64,000 nt of DNA from a virus. Below the pieces are notes generated by a model, which saw nothing but the letters and a program-made list of their open reading frames with translations, was not told the DNA's origin and did not search any database. The translations under genes were made by a program, and so were the position numbers. Every line of letters starts with the position of its first letter. Within the stretch, counting starts at the first letter, position 1. Shown here piece by piece: positions 29,001 through 40,500 of this stretch. Location: the IMG/VR virus record IMGVR_UViG_3300021964_012561, positions 1 through 64,000 of that record. One strand, given 5' to 3'.

Positions 29001-30161
29001 TTGAGAATACTTTTAAGAGCTCCCCTTTTGACTTCAAGTGGTTATGGGGTTCACGCCAGACAAATTTTTGAAGCTGTGGAATCAATCGACGGCGTCGAGC
29101 TAGATGTAGAGTGCCTAAATTGGGGAAAGACTCCTTGGTTGCTCAATCAAGAAACAAACGAAGGACTCATTGGAAGAATTATGAGTCATTCAAGAAAAAT
29201 TAAACCACCTTATGACTTGTCAATACAGGTACAACTACCAGATGAATGGGATTCAAGTTTTGCAAGAAAAAACATTGGAGTGTCTGCAATTGTTGAAACT
29301 GATCGCTGTAATCCTTCATGGATAGAATCATGCAATAAAATGGACTTGGTAGTAGTTCCATCTGAATTCACTAAAGGCGTAATTAAAAAATCAGGTGTTG
29401 TTACAACAAATATTGAAGTTGTACCTGAATGGTTTAATCAGTACATAATAAATGATGATTTAAGATTAGACAAAGAAATAGATTTAAAAACCGAACATAA
29501 TTTTCTAATCTTAGGTCAATTAGGCGCAATGAACGCCGATGATGATAGAAAAAATATTTACAAGACTATCAAGTGGGTTGCAGAAAACTTTAAAAATAGA
29601 GATGATGTTGGCATTATTATAAAAACCAACATGGGAAAGAATACTAAAATTGACAAAAAATTAACACAAAACATTTTAAATCAAATGAAAAATCATTTTA
29701 AAGATTCAAAAGTAAAATTGTATTTAATTCACGGAACGATGACAGATCAAGAAATTGCTGCTCTTTACAGGCATAAAAAAATTAAATGTTTAGTGTCAGC
29801 TACAAGAGGGGAGGGATACGGTTTACCTCTAATCGAAGCAGCAGCATCAGGAATGCCAATCATTGTAACAAACTGGTCTGGCCACTTAGACTTTTTACAA
29901 AAAATTAATTTCTTGGCTGTTGATTATGACCTTAAAGAAATTAACGAATCTCGCGTTGATAATAGAATATTTTTTCCAGGTTTTCGATGGGCTGAGCCAA
30001 AAGAAGAAAGTTTTAAGAAAGCTCTCAGCAAATTAATTAATGATTTTGAAACTTTTAAAAATTTAGCAGAAAATGAAAAGAAAGTTATAATTAAAGAATT
30101 TTCAAAAGAAAATATAATTAATACTTATAAAGAATTAATTAAGAAATGTTTAAGTTGCTAG
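29001..30161 (+). CDS. GT4 glycosyltransferase
   Basis: SGYG, VVPSEF, DRKN, GEGYGLPLIEAAASG; TTG start with GGAG RBS. Confidence 0.9.
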   Translation: MRILLRAPLLTSSGYGVHARQIFEAVESIDGVELDVECLNWGKTPWLLNQETNEGLIGRIMSHSRKIKPPYDLSIQVQLPDEWDSSFARKNIGVSAIVETDRCNPSWIESCNKMDLVVVPSEFTKGVIKKSGVVTTNIEVVPEWFNQYIINDDLRLDKEIDLKTEHNFLILGQLGAMNADDDRKNIYKTIKWVAENFKNRDDVGIIIKTNMGKNTKIDKKLTQNILNQMKNHFKDSKVKLYLIHGTMTDQEIAALYRHKKIKCLVSATRGEGYGLPLIEAAASGMPIIVTNWSGHLDFLQKINFLAVDYDLKEINESRVDNRIFFPGFRWAEPKEESFKKALSKLINDFETFKNLAENEKKVIIKEFSKENIINTYKELIKKCLSC

Positions 30162-30170
30162 GTTGTTAAA

Positions 30171-30476
30171 ATGTTAATTTCTTTTTTAATAATCTTATCG
30201 TCGTGTTTGTTTTTATTAAGTTGTATTTTAGTTTATAAGTTGTATCAATATTCATTAATAATAATCAATACAGAAACTGCCATAGAAGAATGCCTAGACA
30301 TTTTAAACGAAAGATACGAAAATGTTTCTGCAATTTTGGAAAAAGAAGTATTTTTTGATTCAGTTGAAGTGAGAGCTGTTATTAATGAAATAAAAATAAG
30401 ACAGGAAGCAATTTACCAAGTTGCAGAAATAATGATAAAGGATAAACAAATTGATGAAAAAAAAGATAAAGCTTAA
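30171..30476 (+). CDS. Small protein with N-terminal transmembrane helix
   Basis: Hydrophobic N-terminal ~22 aa followed by a helical acidic tail. Confidence 0.6.
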   Translation: MLISFLIILSSCLFLLSCILVYKLYQYSLIIINTETAIEECLDILNERYENVSAILEKEVFFDSVEVRAVINEIKIRQEAIYQVAEIMIKDKQIDEKKDKA

Positions 30477-31206
30477 TAATAAAGTTTTGATTAAAGGAAA
30501 AAAACCAAAAAAAAAGAAAAAGTATTATTTTGGAAAAGAAGCGCATGCTGCAGTTATTAATTACCAAAATGCTAAAACAATTAAAGAAAAAAACAGCATC
30601 TATGTAGAAAATATAAAGCCTGCATTTGAAAAATTAGTAGAAAACTTAATTTTTATTCATGGCTTTTCTACATGCAAAAATAGTTTTTTAATACTTAAAG
30701 CAGATTGCGTTTCTTTTTTATTTGAAATTTTGCAAAAATTTGATGCATCGAAAGGGTCAAAAGCTTTTTCATATTTTAATATTTGTGCAAAACATTTTCT
30801 CATAATACAGCAAAAAAAGAAAATTAAAAAAAATAGAAGACATGTTTGTATTGACGATACAAATTTATCGTCTAGAGAAAAAAACCAAATTGAGAATTAC
30901 GCTGTTGTGAATTGTCAAGAAACTACTATGATTCACGAAGAAGATAAAACACTAATTAAAGAAATGATAGAAAAAATATCTTCTAAGCTTAGCAATAACA
31001 ATGAAAAGAAATGCATTTCTGCTATTGGAACGTTATTTAATAAGATTGATGAACTAGAGTATTTAAATAAACGTGCTGTCTTTGTTTATTTACGAGAGTT
31101 ATCTGGTTTGAACGCAAAACAATTATCAGTTGCTATGTCTAACATTAGAAGGCATTATAGAGAAATTTCTAAAAATGATGATTTGTTTAAATTTTTTGGA
31201 GAATAA
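30454..31206 (+). CDS. Phage RNA polymerase sigma factor (gp55/sigma region 2-like)
   Basis: KFDASKGSKAFSYFNICAKH matches sigma region 2.3; lies directly upstream of the structural genes. Confidence 0.7.
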   Translation: MKKKIKLNNKVLIKGKKPKKKKKYYFGKEAHAAVINYQNAKTIKEKNSIYVENIKPAFEKLVENLIFIHGFSTCKNSFLILKADCVSFLFEILQKFDASKGSKAFSYFNICAKHFLIIQQKKKIKKNRRHVCIDDTNLSSREKNQIENYAVVNCQETTMIHEEDKTLIKEMIEKISSKLSNNNEKKCISAIGTLFNKIDELEYLNKRAVFVYLRELSGLNAKQLSVAMSNIRRHYREISKNDDLFKFFGE

Positions 31207-31208
31207 AA

Positions 31209-31556
31209 TTGTCAAAATCAAAAAAAAGAAAACAGGAAGAAAAAATTAAAGAATTTTCAGACATTCTTGACGCTTTAGAGAAGACTGAAGACAAGAAAAA
31301 AATGTTATGGAAAGAATCGTATCAAAATGCACTTGACGATAGAGAAAATGCCAACATATTGCTTGTTGATTTAATGAAAGTATCAATGAACAATTCAACA
31401 AATCATTTGCAATTTGGTAGTTTAATGGCTAAATACCTTGAAAGAATGTCAAAATCAAATGATCAAATCTTAAAGTTAGCAGAGCTTATTGCAAAAGAAC
31501 AAGAAGCTAATGAATCTGTTACACCTGATGAAATTTTTAGCAAGATAATGGAATAA
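31209..31556 (+). CDS. Hypothetical helical protein
   Basis: Intact ORF, tightly packed; no motif recognised. Confidence 0.6.
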   Translation: MSKSKKRKQEEKIKEFSDILDALEKTEDKKKMLWKESYQNALDDRENANILLVDLMKVSMNNSTNHLQFGSLMAKYLERMSKSNDQILKLAELIAKEQEANESVTPDEIFSKIME

Positions 31557-31558
31557 AA

Positions 31559-33142
31559 ATGGATAATCCGCCAAAAAATTATGGAATGGACTTAAACAAT
31601 AAAGGTTTGGCAAGAGGTCAAAATAGAAAGTTTATAAGTTTTACAGGTCAAAATAAGATTATGCCGATTGCATCAGGCTATAATTATGCATCTGCAGTTG
31701 TAATCGATGTAATTTCAGATCCAAAGCTTTATTTTAATACACAAATGGCAATTAGAAACTTTTATTCAGAGATTGGAAATGATTTTTATGGGCAATTAAA
31801 AAATAGCCCAGATGACATTGAAGAAAATTTTCATCATAAGGTACCTAGAAATTCAATTATTTGTAAGTTACTTGATGAAGGCGAGGCGCAATATTCAAAT
31901 AATAAAGTTTTGTGTTACCCGTTTTTCTCTCCACATCTTTCATTGCCAGTCAAACCAGGAGAACAGGTCTGGATATTAGCAGAAACTTTTCATGAAATTA
32001 CAAGATTTTACTGGATGAACAGAAAGCATGGTAGTTACCATAATGACAATGTAAATTTAACTAGTCAAGAAAGAGAAGTTTCTATCTATTTTAGAACTGA
32101 TTTAAAAACTGGAATAAATGCATTTAATGATGAAGAAATTATTGGTGCACATAATTTTCCTAAACTTGTCAATACTAAACATCCAGAATTTTTGGAACCA
32201 AATACTACTTTTAAAAAATCAGAAGCTTATATAAAAGAATTTACAAATGAGCCTGTTCCTGAAGTCATTAAAAAGTGTGGAGATCTGGTTTTACAAGGGT
32301 CTAATAATACGTTAATACAGCTTACAACAGAAAAGTTTACTGACGTTGCATCATTAAACGAAAGATATTCAAAAAATTTATTTTTACCAAAAGATTCAGT
32401 AGTACCTGAACGCGTTTATAGAGTACCTCAATCTCCTGCAATAGACATGTGCATTGCAAGAAAGAAAAAACATTTCACAGAGTTAGCTAAAAAAAATGAA
32501 AAAATAATTTCTGCAAAAACAAGTGAAAAAAATGTTTTATCTCTTGTTGAGAACAACAGGGATGGTTTGCCAGGAATTGAAAATTACGAAGTTAATAAAT
32601 TTAATGAAGATTTTTATACTAATAGAGACAAAGATCCTGCAAATTGCGGAGCCAGGCTTTATATGAGTAACAATTGCAATATTGACGCAATTTTTAAAAT
32701 TTCAGATACTGAAAAATCTCAAGAGACTTTTCAGCAGTACTTTGGTGCAACTCTAGCAGGTTATTCAGAACACATACGTTTTATTGCTGAAGGTGAATCA
32801 AGCTCTTTTAGGGTTGTTAAAAAATACAATGAAGGTGAAACTTTTTTAGAAATTAATAATGACGGAATTGTAAGAATTGGATCAAAGGATTCAAATAAAT
32901 CGCCAGAAAATACTATACAACAAGGAATGCAAAGCTTTGTAAGAGGTGAAGACTTAGAAGAAATTCTAAAAGATTTAGTATCTGCAATCAATTCTAATTT
33001 TTCTACAATCAAAACAGCCATGGAAACTAATTTTGCTCCATTAATAGGCCCTAATGTTCCATTAGCGTCAGCGTCAGCTGCAATTAATAATTTATCTATA
33101 AACTGTGAGCCATTTAAATCAATAATAATAAAAGGAGAATAA
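31559..33142 (+). CDS. Baseplate hub/central spike (gp5-like OB-fold) protein
   Basis: YPFFSPHLSLPVKPGEQVW, GDLVLQGSNNT, C-term VRGEDL; located before gp25. Confidence 0.6.
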   Translation: MDNPPKNYGMDLNNKGLARGQNRKFISFTGQNKIMPIASGYNYASAVVIDVISDPKLYFNTQMAIRNFYSEIGNDFYGQLKNSPDDIEENFHHKVPRNSIICKLLDEGEAQYSNNKVLCYPFFSPHLSLPVKPGEQVWILAETFHEITRFYWMNRKHGSYHNDNVNLTSQEREVSIYFRTDLKTGINAFNDEEIIGAHNFPKLVNTKHPEFLEPNTTFKKSEAYIKEFTNEPVPEVIKKCGDLVLQGSNNTLIQLTTEKFTDVASLNERYSKNLFLPKDSVVPERVYRVPQSPAIDMCIARKKKHFTELAKKNEKIISAKTSEKNVLSLVENNRDGLPGIENYEVNKFNEDFYTNRDKDPANCGARLYMSNNCNIDAIFKISDTEKSQETFQQYFGATLAGYSEHIRFIAEGESSSFRVVKKYNEGETFLEINNDGIVRIGSKDSNKSPENTIQQGMQSFVRGEDLEEILKDLVSAINSNFSTIKTAMETNFAPLIGPNVPLASASAAINNLSINCEPFKSIIIKGE

Positions 33143-33143
33143 A

Positions 33144-33623
33144 ATGGGAGATGTTTTAACGTCAGATCAAAAAATTCAAGAAGCAATAAATAAAGCAAAA
33201 GAAGAAATAAGAAATGCTCCTGCTGGACAAGAAGCGGCTCTTGAAAAAGCTTTAGCGGCTATTAGCTTTAAAGAAATCGGCCCTGCTATAGCAGCTAGCT
33301 TAGGTGAAGAATTTATTCCAGTTGGAGGTGTAGGATTACCTCTAGTCATGAGAAAAACAGGAATTGAAATATTAGGTGGTAAGGAAAAATTAATTAATTC
33401 AGGTTTAACTGAGGCTCAAATTAATGAAAAAGTATTAGAAATGGTTGCCTATATTTCTTTTATTACCCTAAGTTTTGCATCAATTACTAGTGGAAATTTA
33501 ATTCCGTCGCCTCCTAGCTTTGCTGTTGCTAAAAAATATTATGATATTTTAGGGGAGTTATTAGCATATGCTGACAATATTCAAAATAATAGAGCAACTA
33601 CGATAGTAGAAGGAGTATTGTAA
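33144..33623 (+). CDS. Hypothetical protein in the baseplate module
   Basis: Intact ORF with RBS between the gp5-like gene and gp25. Confidence 0.55.
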   Translation: MGDVLTSDQKIQEAINKAKEEIRNAPAGQEAALEKALAAISFKEIGPAIAASLGEEFIPVGGVGLPLVMRKTGIEILGGKEKLINSGLTEAQINEKVLEMVAYISFITLSFASITSGNLIPSPPSFAVAKKYYDILGELLAYADNIQNNRATTIVEGVL

Positions 33624-33667
33624 TCTTTTTTTGAAGAGGATAATTAGAAATAAAAGGAGGAGTAAAA

Positions 33668-34174
33668 GTGGCAACTTTTAAATTTAAGAGTTCGGGTTTT
33701 AAATATGATGACATTGTTGTTATTGATCAAGAATCACAACCTAAAAGAACACCGATCGGCATAAAAACTCCTTTAGAATTTTCTAGAAAATCTAGAAAAC
33801 AATTATTTCACATGAATGATAATCCAATTTTTCAAATTAAAGATAATTTAAGAAATTTAATTTTAACAGAAAAAGGTGAAAGGATTGGACGTCCAGATTA
33901 TGGTTGCGGACTTAAAGATTATGTTTTTGACTTAACAGCAATTCCTAATTATGAACAAAAAGTCATTAATATAATAAAGGGCCAGGTTGAAAAATTTATG
34001 CCTTTTGTTTTGATTACAAATATTGAAATTTTAGATTATTATTCAAATGGTGTTGATCAATTTGATGAACGCAGCTCAAGATTAGCAGCATTACTTTTAA
34101 GAATAAGTTTTGATGTACAAAAAATAGCTGTTAAAAATCAAAAAATTGATGTAATAATTTTTTCAGGTGGATAA
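33668..34174 (+). CDS. Baseplate wedge gp25/GPW-like protein
   Basis: QIKDNLRNLILTEKGERIGRPDYGCGL signature. Confidence 0.9.
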   Translation: MATFKFKSSGFKYDDIVVIDQESQPKRTPIGIKTPLEFSRKSRKQLFHMNDNPIFQIKDNLRNLILTEKGERIGRPDYGCGLKDYVFDLTAIPNYEQKVINIIKGQVEKFMPFVLITNIEILDYYSNGVDQFDERSSRLAALLLRISFDVQKIAVKNQKIDVIIFSGG

Positions 34175-34176
34175 AT

Positions 34177-36024
34177 ATGGCAAAAAATTTAAAAAAACAG
34201 ATTAAAAAAAATAAAGAAATTTCTTATCTTGCAAAAGATTTTGATTCTTTTAGAGCGGAGCTTATTAATTACGCTAGAAATCATTATGGATCAAAAATTG
34301 TAGATTTTTCTGAGTCGTCAGTTGCAGGAATGTTTATAGATGTAGCCTCTTACGTCGGAGATTCTTTATCATATTATTTGGATCATCAATTTAATGAATT
34401 AAATTTGGAAACTGCAATAGAACCTAAAAATATTGAAGCACTTGCAAGACAAGCCGGAGTCGAAACAAGAGGAGCCACTCCCTCCACAGCATTGGCAAAA
34501 ATAAGAATGGTAATTCCAGCTGTGACTGAAAATGGTTTAAGAGTAATTAACGAAAACTATTTACCTAAAATTTTAGAAAATTCCGTATTTACATCTGAAT
34601 CTGGTATTAACTTTTATACAATTGAAACTGTCGACTTGTCAAAAAAGGATTCTCAAGGCAATATATTAATTGATAACATTCTTCCAAATGTCGTACAAGA
34701 TGGCATTATTCAAGATTTTATTATTGAAAAAGAAATAAGATGTTCTAGTGCAAGAGTAATTGTAGAAAACTTTCCAATCAACAACAACATAGTTCCTTTT
34801 AGAACTATTTCGCTACTTAATCCAAACGTGCATAGCATTATTTATGTAAGAGATAGTTCAGGTGAGGACTACTATGAGGTTGATTCACTTTCTCAAGATA
34901 CTGTCTTTATAAAAGAAGAAAATTCGCGTAATGATGTTGACTTAGTACCGTACCGTTTAAAAATGGCACCCGCCCCAAGAAGATTCATAAAGGTAACATC
35001 ATCAATAACAGGAAAAACTTTATTAAGGTTCGGGTCTGGCGACGAAGATACATTCGATGAAGACGCAATTCCTGACCCAAGTGATCATGCAATTACTCTG
35101 TATGGTGATAGAAAGACTTTTGCAAAGGTTGCCATAGATCCTAATAGCTTTTTAACTACAAACACTCTAGGAATATCTCCAAGAAACACAACGTTATCGA
35201 TAAAGTACTCCTATGGCGGAGGAATTAATCATAACATAGATCCTGGTGAACTGGTCTTGGTTAACACTTTAAAAACTCAATTTAATTCTGCTGTTCCTTC
35301 GTCAATTATTTCATCGATTAGAAGATCAACAACTGTAATTAACGAATTTCCTGGATTTGGAGGTGATAATCGTCCTACGCTAGAACAGTTAAGAAATTTA
35401 GGACTTTTATCGAAAACATATCAAAAAAGAGTTGTAACAAGAGAAGATTTGCTGTCTAGAGTCTATAGTATTCCAACTAATTTTGGTCGCGTCTTTAGAG
35501 CTTCCGTAAGAGATAATCCAAATAATCAATTTGCAACCCAGTTAAGCGTTCTTTCAAGAGACAAAAACGGTGTTTTAGTTTATGCTCCTGACACACTAAA
35601 GGAAAATCTTTCTGTGTACTTAAGCAAGTTTAGACTAATTTCAGATGCTGTAGACATTGTTGATGCTGTTATTGTTAATTTGTCAATAAGTTATGTTGTA
35701 ACTATTGACAAAGGAGTCAGTAGAACTAATACAATCCAAAATATAAATGTTGCATTAAAAAACTATTTTGATATTAAAAACTTTCAAATTGATCAACCTA
35801 TCATAACAGGCGAAGTTGATAATTTAATTTTAAATACATCAGGAGTAGTTTCTTTGATTAGTTTGAAATTTAACAATATGTTCGGCACTAAAAACGGAAG
35901 AATATACTCAAACTTTAGTTATTCTCCTAACAGAAATTTAGATAGAGGCCTTCTTTTTCCTCCACCTGGAGGTATTTTTGAAATTAGGTACCCAAATGAT
36001 GACATTCAAGGGAGTGCAATCTAA
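34177..36024 (+). CDS. Baseplate wedge protein (T4 gp6/baseplate J-like)
   Basis: KDFDSFRAELINY, DFSESS, YVGDSLSYYLD, RFGSG, QKRVVTRED. Confidence 0.88.
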   Translation: MAKNLKKQIKKNKEISYLAKDFDSFRAELINYARNHYGSKIVDFSESSVAGMFIDVASYVGDSLSYYLDHQFNELNLETAIEPKNIEALARQAGVETRGATPSTALAKIRMVIPAVTENGLRVINENYLPKILENSVFTSESGINFYTIETVDLSKKDSQGNILIDNILPNVVQDGIIQDFIIEKEIRCSSARVIVENFPINNNIVPFRTISLLNPNVHSIIYVRDSSGEDYYEVDSLSQDTVFIKEENSRNDVDLVPYRLKMAPAPRRFIKVTSSITGKTLLRFGSGDEDTFDEDAIPDPSDHAITLYGDRKTFAKVAIDPNSFLTTNTLGISPRNTTLSIKYSYGGGINHNIDPGELVLVNTLKTQFNSAVPSSIISSIRRSTTVINEFPGFGGDNRPTLEQLRNLGLLSKTYQKRVVTREDLLSRVYSIPTNFGRVFRASVRDNPNNQFATQLSVLSRDKNGVLVYAPDTLKENLSVYLSKFRLISDAVDIVDAVIVNLSISYVVTIDKGVSRTNTIQNINVALKNYFDIKNFQIDQPIITGEVDNLILNTSGVVSLISLKFNNMFGTKNGRIYSNFSYSPNRNLDRGLLFPPPGGIFEIRYPNDDIQGSAI

Positions 36025-37535
36025 TGTATAGAATTTTATCAGCTAGTAAAGATACGTACATAACAAATAAAATTATTAATAATAAATTTAGAGCAACTGA
36101 CGCAAACCTAGGTCAGGCAGGAACTTTAGATCTTTTTAAGCTTTATAATGAATCAACTATTTCTGGCGAAACAAACCCTATAGAGAGTTCGAGGCTTTTG
36201 ATTAAATTTGGCTTAAGCGAAGTCACTAAAATGCATAATGAAAAAATAATTGACGTAGGTGATAGTTCTTTCAAGGCTTTTTTAAAACTTCATGACATTT
36301 ATGGAGGCCAGACAACTCCTAAAAATTTTAAAATTATTTCTTTTCCGCTGTCAAAAAGTTTTGATGAAGGCCCTGGCTATGATGTAGTCAGCTACTCAGA
36401 TATTGGTGCAACTAATTGGGTGACAGCATCTTTCACTAATGGCGTAGTATCAGACTGGTCTCAAGCAGGCGCAAATGCTTCTGGTTCATTAGGTGATACT
36501 GACATCGATGTAATAGTAAGTGGAACAATACAAGGTCAAGATTCAAAAATACCTTTGTCTTCAGAAATGCTTTTTGAAACAGGTGAAGAAGACTTGATAT
36601 TAGATGTGACAAATTTCATATCAGCATCAACAGTCGGGTTGATTAATAATCATGGTTTTCTTATAGCACTTTCAGGTACATATGAAACAAATAATAAATC
36701 TTATTTTGTAAAACGTTTTGCCTCTAGAAACACATTGAATACAGCTATACGTCCTAAATTAATTATAAAATTTGATGACTCAATTCAAGACAATCACGAG
36801 AATTTTGAATTTGACACAACAGGAAGTCTTTATCTTCATAATTTTAAAAGAGGGTCGTTAGCAAATCTTATTTCAGGATCTTCAGGTAATGAAATAACAG
36901 GTGCTGATTGTATGATCTTAAAAATAGAGTCAGGTAGTTTTTCTAAACAATTTAATGTTTCTCAAGTACCAAGAGGATCTAATCGATTGACAGGAATATA
37001 TTCATCATCATTTGCAATTAGTAGTTTTGATTCTACATTATACGATCATGTAATAGCATCTGGAAGTATTACTTTCAATGAAATTTGGTCAAACTCAAAC
37101 GAAACTGTTACTTATTTGTCATCGTCTTTTAAAATAAAACAATCAAATAGGAATAAAATAAACTTAGGCGAACAAAGAGTAGTTACAAGAATACTTAACT
37201 TAAAAGGAAGATATCGTCAAAATGAAAAGGTCCGTTTAAGAGTTTTTGTAGAAAGTGCTGATAGAGAACTAATTCTTAGAAAAACACCATATGAAACGCC
37301 TAGTGCGCTTTATTCAAACATGTGTTATAGAGTAAGAGACTATGATTCAGGTGAAATTATAATACCTTTTGACGCTTCAGCGACTAAACTTTCACATGAT
37401 ACAAAAGCAATGTATTTTGATTTCTATATGAGTTCAATACCAAAAGGAAGAACATATGTGTTTGATTTTAAAATACAAGAAAATGATTTCGACATAGTAA
37501 TAACAGATTTAGCTTCTAAATTTATTATTGTTTAA
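36024..37535 (+). CDS. Baseplate-associated structural protein (DNRLRE-like beta domain)
   Basis: ASKDTYI, SRLLIKF, LDVT, NHGFLI, FASR, RPKLII pattern; coupled to gp6. Confidence 0.6.
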   Translation: MYRILSASKDTYITNKIINNKFRATDANLGQAGTLDLFKLYNESTISGETNPIESSRLLIKFGLSEVTKMHNEKIIDVGDSSFKAFLKLHDIYGGQTTPKNFKIISFPLSKSFDEGPGYDVVSYSDIGATNWVTASFTNGVVSDWSQAGANASGSLGDTDIDVIVSGTIQGQDSKIPLSSEMLFETGEEDLILDVTNFISASTVGLINNHGFLIALSGTYETNNKSYFVKRFASRNTLNTAIRPKLIIKFDDSIQDNHENFEFDTTGSLYLHNFKRGSLANLISGSSGNEITGADCMILKIESGSFSKQFNVSQVPRGSNRLTGIYSSSFAISSFDSTLYDHVIASGSITFNEIWSNSNETVTYLSSSFKIKQSNRNKINLGEQRVVTRILNLKGRYRQNEKVRLRVFVESADRELILRKTPYETPSALYSNMCYRVRDYDSGEIIIPFDASATKLSHDTKAMYFDFYMSSIPKGRTYVFDFKIQENDFDIVITDLASKFIIV

Positions 37536-37549
37536 TAATAGGAACAATC

Positions 37550-40500
37550 ATGTCAAAAAGACTATTAACAAATAACAAAGGAAAACTTTTTAAATCGAAG
37601 TATAGAAAGTCCAACACAGATGCTAGATCGTATTTGCAACCAGGCAATAGTGAAATTTTAAAAATTGCCAATATTGAAAATACAAATTTAGAAAGCACTG
37701 CATCTTTTAGGTACGAATTTAACAAACCGATTAAATCGACCCAGCAGCTAAATTTAGATTTTTCTAAGTTCGAAAATCACACATTTTTTCATTCGGCTGT
37801 TGCAAAAGTTAATGAATCTTTCCTAAACATACTTAACTTTTACCCTTTTAATGGAACAGAAAAACAAATTGAAGCATTTGAAGATAGTTTGACAGGTTTT
37901 GAAAAATACATACTTGACAAATATCCTAAAAATAAAGGTTACTTAGTTTTTTCCGGAACACAAAAAGGTGAAAGCTTGTCAAACGGTACACAAATTAACG
38001 TATTAGATCAAAATGCATCTCGTGTTCCTTCAATTAAATCGTTAAAAGACAGAAACGTAACTTTAGACCCGTCAGTAAATAGTTTTGCAGTTCAATTTTT
38101 TATTAATCCAGAATCAATTGTAAACGATAATCAAATAATATTCCAGAAAAAATCTAGCCTAGCAAATAATTTTACTTTATTTTTATCTAATTCCTCAAGT
38201 ACATCTAACTGTGAAATTCACTTTGGAATAACCTCAGGATCCCGGTATACAGCAGTTTCATCTTCAATTGACAAAGGCAGTTTTTCCCATGTAACTGCAA
38301 TGTTTGATACAGATTTTGATCAAAAAACAAAATTAATTATTTTTAATCAAGACAACATTAAAACAGTAGCGTCATCTAGTAATGCTTTAAATGTTATGTC
38401 TTTAAATTATTTTGGAGCAGACTTAGACATAGGTTCTGGAGGTAATTTTCGTTATAATGATCAAGAGTTCGAACCACAACAAACTTTTAGTGGATCCATT
38501 GACGATTTTAGATTGTATCATCGAAAATTATCAGATGATGAAATCTTTAAAAACAAAGATAGATCAGTTAGCGGGGATAAAAATTTAGTCCTGTATTACA
38601 AATTTAACGAACCTTATGGGTCATATGCAGGAAACAACATTGTTTTAGATCATTCCGTTAATTCAAGAAGTGAATTAATTCAAAATTTTATCGTTAATAA
38701 CCGACTAACTGGATCACTCACACCTTTAAAGTCTGAAGACATTAACAAATGCCCGGTTTTATTTCCTCAATTTCCAAAAGTTTCTTCTTTTAATAGTGAA
38801 ATGCTAGTAACAGCTTCACTTTACGATACTGCCAACCCCAACTTAATAACAAAATTAATACCTCAGCATTATTTAGATATTGGCAACAATTTTGAAGGTT
38901 ACGAAGAATACTTAGGAAATATTCAGACTGAAATTAGCAACCTTAACACATTAAGAGAAAGTGTTAATACACAGCGCTCAGCGCAGATGATGACGAAATT
39001 TTTATTAATCTGGGCAAAACACTTCGATCAATTAAAAATGTTTATAGATAGCTTTTCGTTGTACAGGCTTGTTGATTATGATGATTTAAATACAGCCCCA
39101 GATACTTTTCTTAAAAGCTTGTCCCAGTATTTAGGAATGCCTGTTCCAGATTTATTTTCTCAAAATAATGATGATAGTTTTTTTAAGGGGTTAGATTATC
39201 AAAATGTTGCATCAAAATCAAATTTATCAATTAAGAAAATACAATATACTATTTGGCGAAGAATTCTTTCTGAATACTCATCTTATGTATCTTCAAAAGG
39301 TACGTTAGATAGTATTAAATCTATATTTTTAGCATCTGGAATTGATCCCTCAAACATTTTCCACATAAGAGAATATGGTGGTGCAAAAGCTAGGTCACTT
39401 AAAAGTTCAAATCAAAAAATTAATGATAATATTGGTTTTATCGATTTTTCAGGTTCGTTAGGTAATGAAGAAAATAGTCGTAATAATCAAGGAAGATCAA
39501 TTGATAAGTCACCATATTTAAAATCAACATTTTTATCAGGTTCAAGAGTATCACCAGGAAAACCATTAATTAAAGGTACTTTTGTTAATGGTATATCTAA
39601 TAATCTTAGTGATGGTCTTTTTACTTCTTCTTCGTTTGATTATCATGCAACTTATTTTTACTCAAACTATCATGAACACAAGACTTTACAAAGCCTAATC
39701 AGGCTTCAAACGACAGGATCAACAGTACCATCGAGCAAAGAAAGTTGTATTATAAATTTAGTAAATAATAGTCAAGAAAACAAACTAAGCCTATTCGTGT
39801 CAGACGACCCTACAAGTAGTACAATTTCTGAATTGTTTTTAACAGGAGTTAATATTGCTGATGGAAATATTTGGTCTGTTAATTTTGGAAGAAAAAGTTC
39901 TGAATTTTTAGAATCAGATTTAAAAAGTCAATTTTATTTAAAGGCATCAACGTTCGACCCAGGCCTAGATCCAGTCTTATATAAAACTTCTTCTTTGCTG
40001 ACAGAGTCAACTAATTCTGTTTTTTCAAATGTAAGCACTGCACATAATGCATCAGGTAGTATTTTAACAATCGGTTCTCAAAGCTTTGAGGATACTTCTT
40101 TGTTTATTAACGCAGGTACTGCTAATCAGAAAGCAACACATTTTTCAGGTCATGTTTCATTTATAAATTTTTGGTCAAAAGATTATACTGACAAAGAGTT
40201 TACTGCATATGTTAAAAATCCTAGTAATTACGGGTCAAATAATGTTAAATCAAATTATAATTTTTTACAAAATCAGTCAGGTAGTAATCAAAAAGTAAGA
40301 ATACATACTTCTGGTAAGCAGGCAACAACATCATCAAACAGTTCAGGTGAGATAAGAATTTTTGACTTTAGCCAAGAAGAAAATCATTTTTCTGGTTACA
40401 ATTTTGAGGCAAATAAAAAAGTTATAATAAATAAAAATTTTATTAGAGAAACATTATCACCAAATTTTGATTTAAATTCTAGCGAAAATAAAATTAGAGT

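Noticed and set aside
6471-30520. Poly-A tracts as phase-variation switches
   Set aside because: Runs of about 8-9 A encode Lys-rich stretches, are expected at this AT content, and no gene is frameshifted.
31559-36024. T6SS or extracellular contractile injection system
   Set aside because: The baseplate genes are linked to a primase, resolvase, sigma factor and exonuclease, which indicates a replicating phage; no Tss/Afp ATPase or membrane complex.
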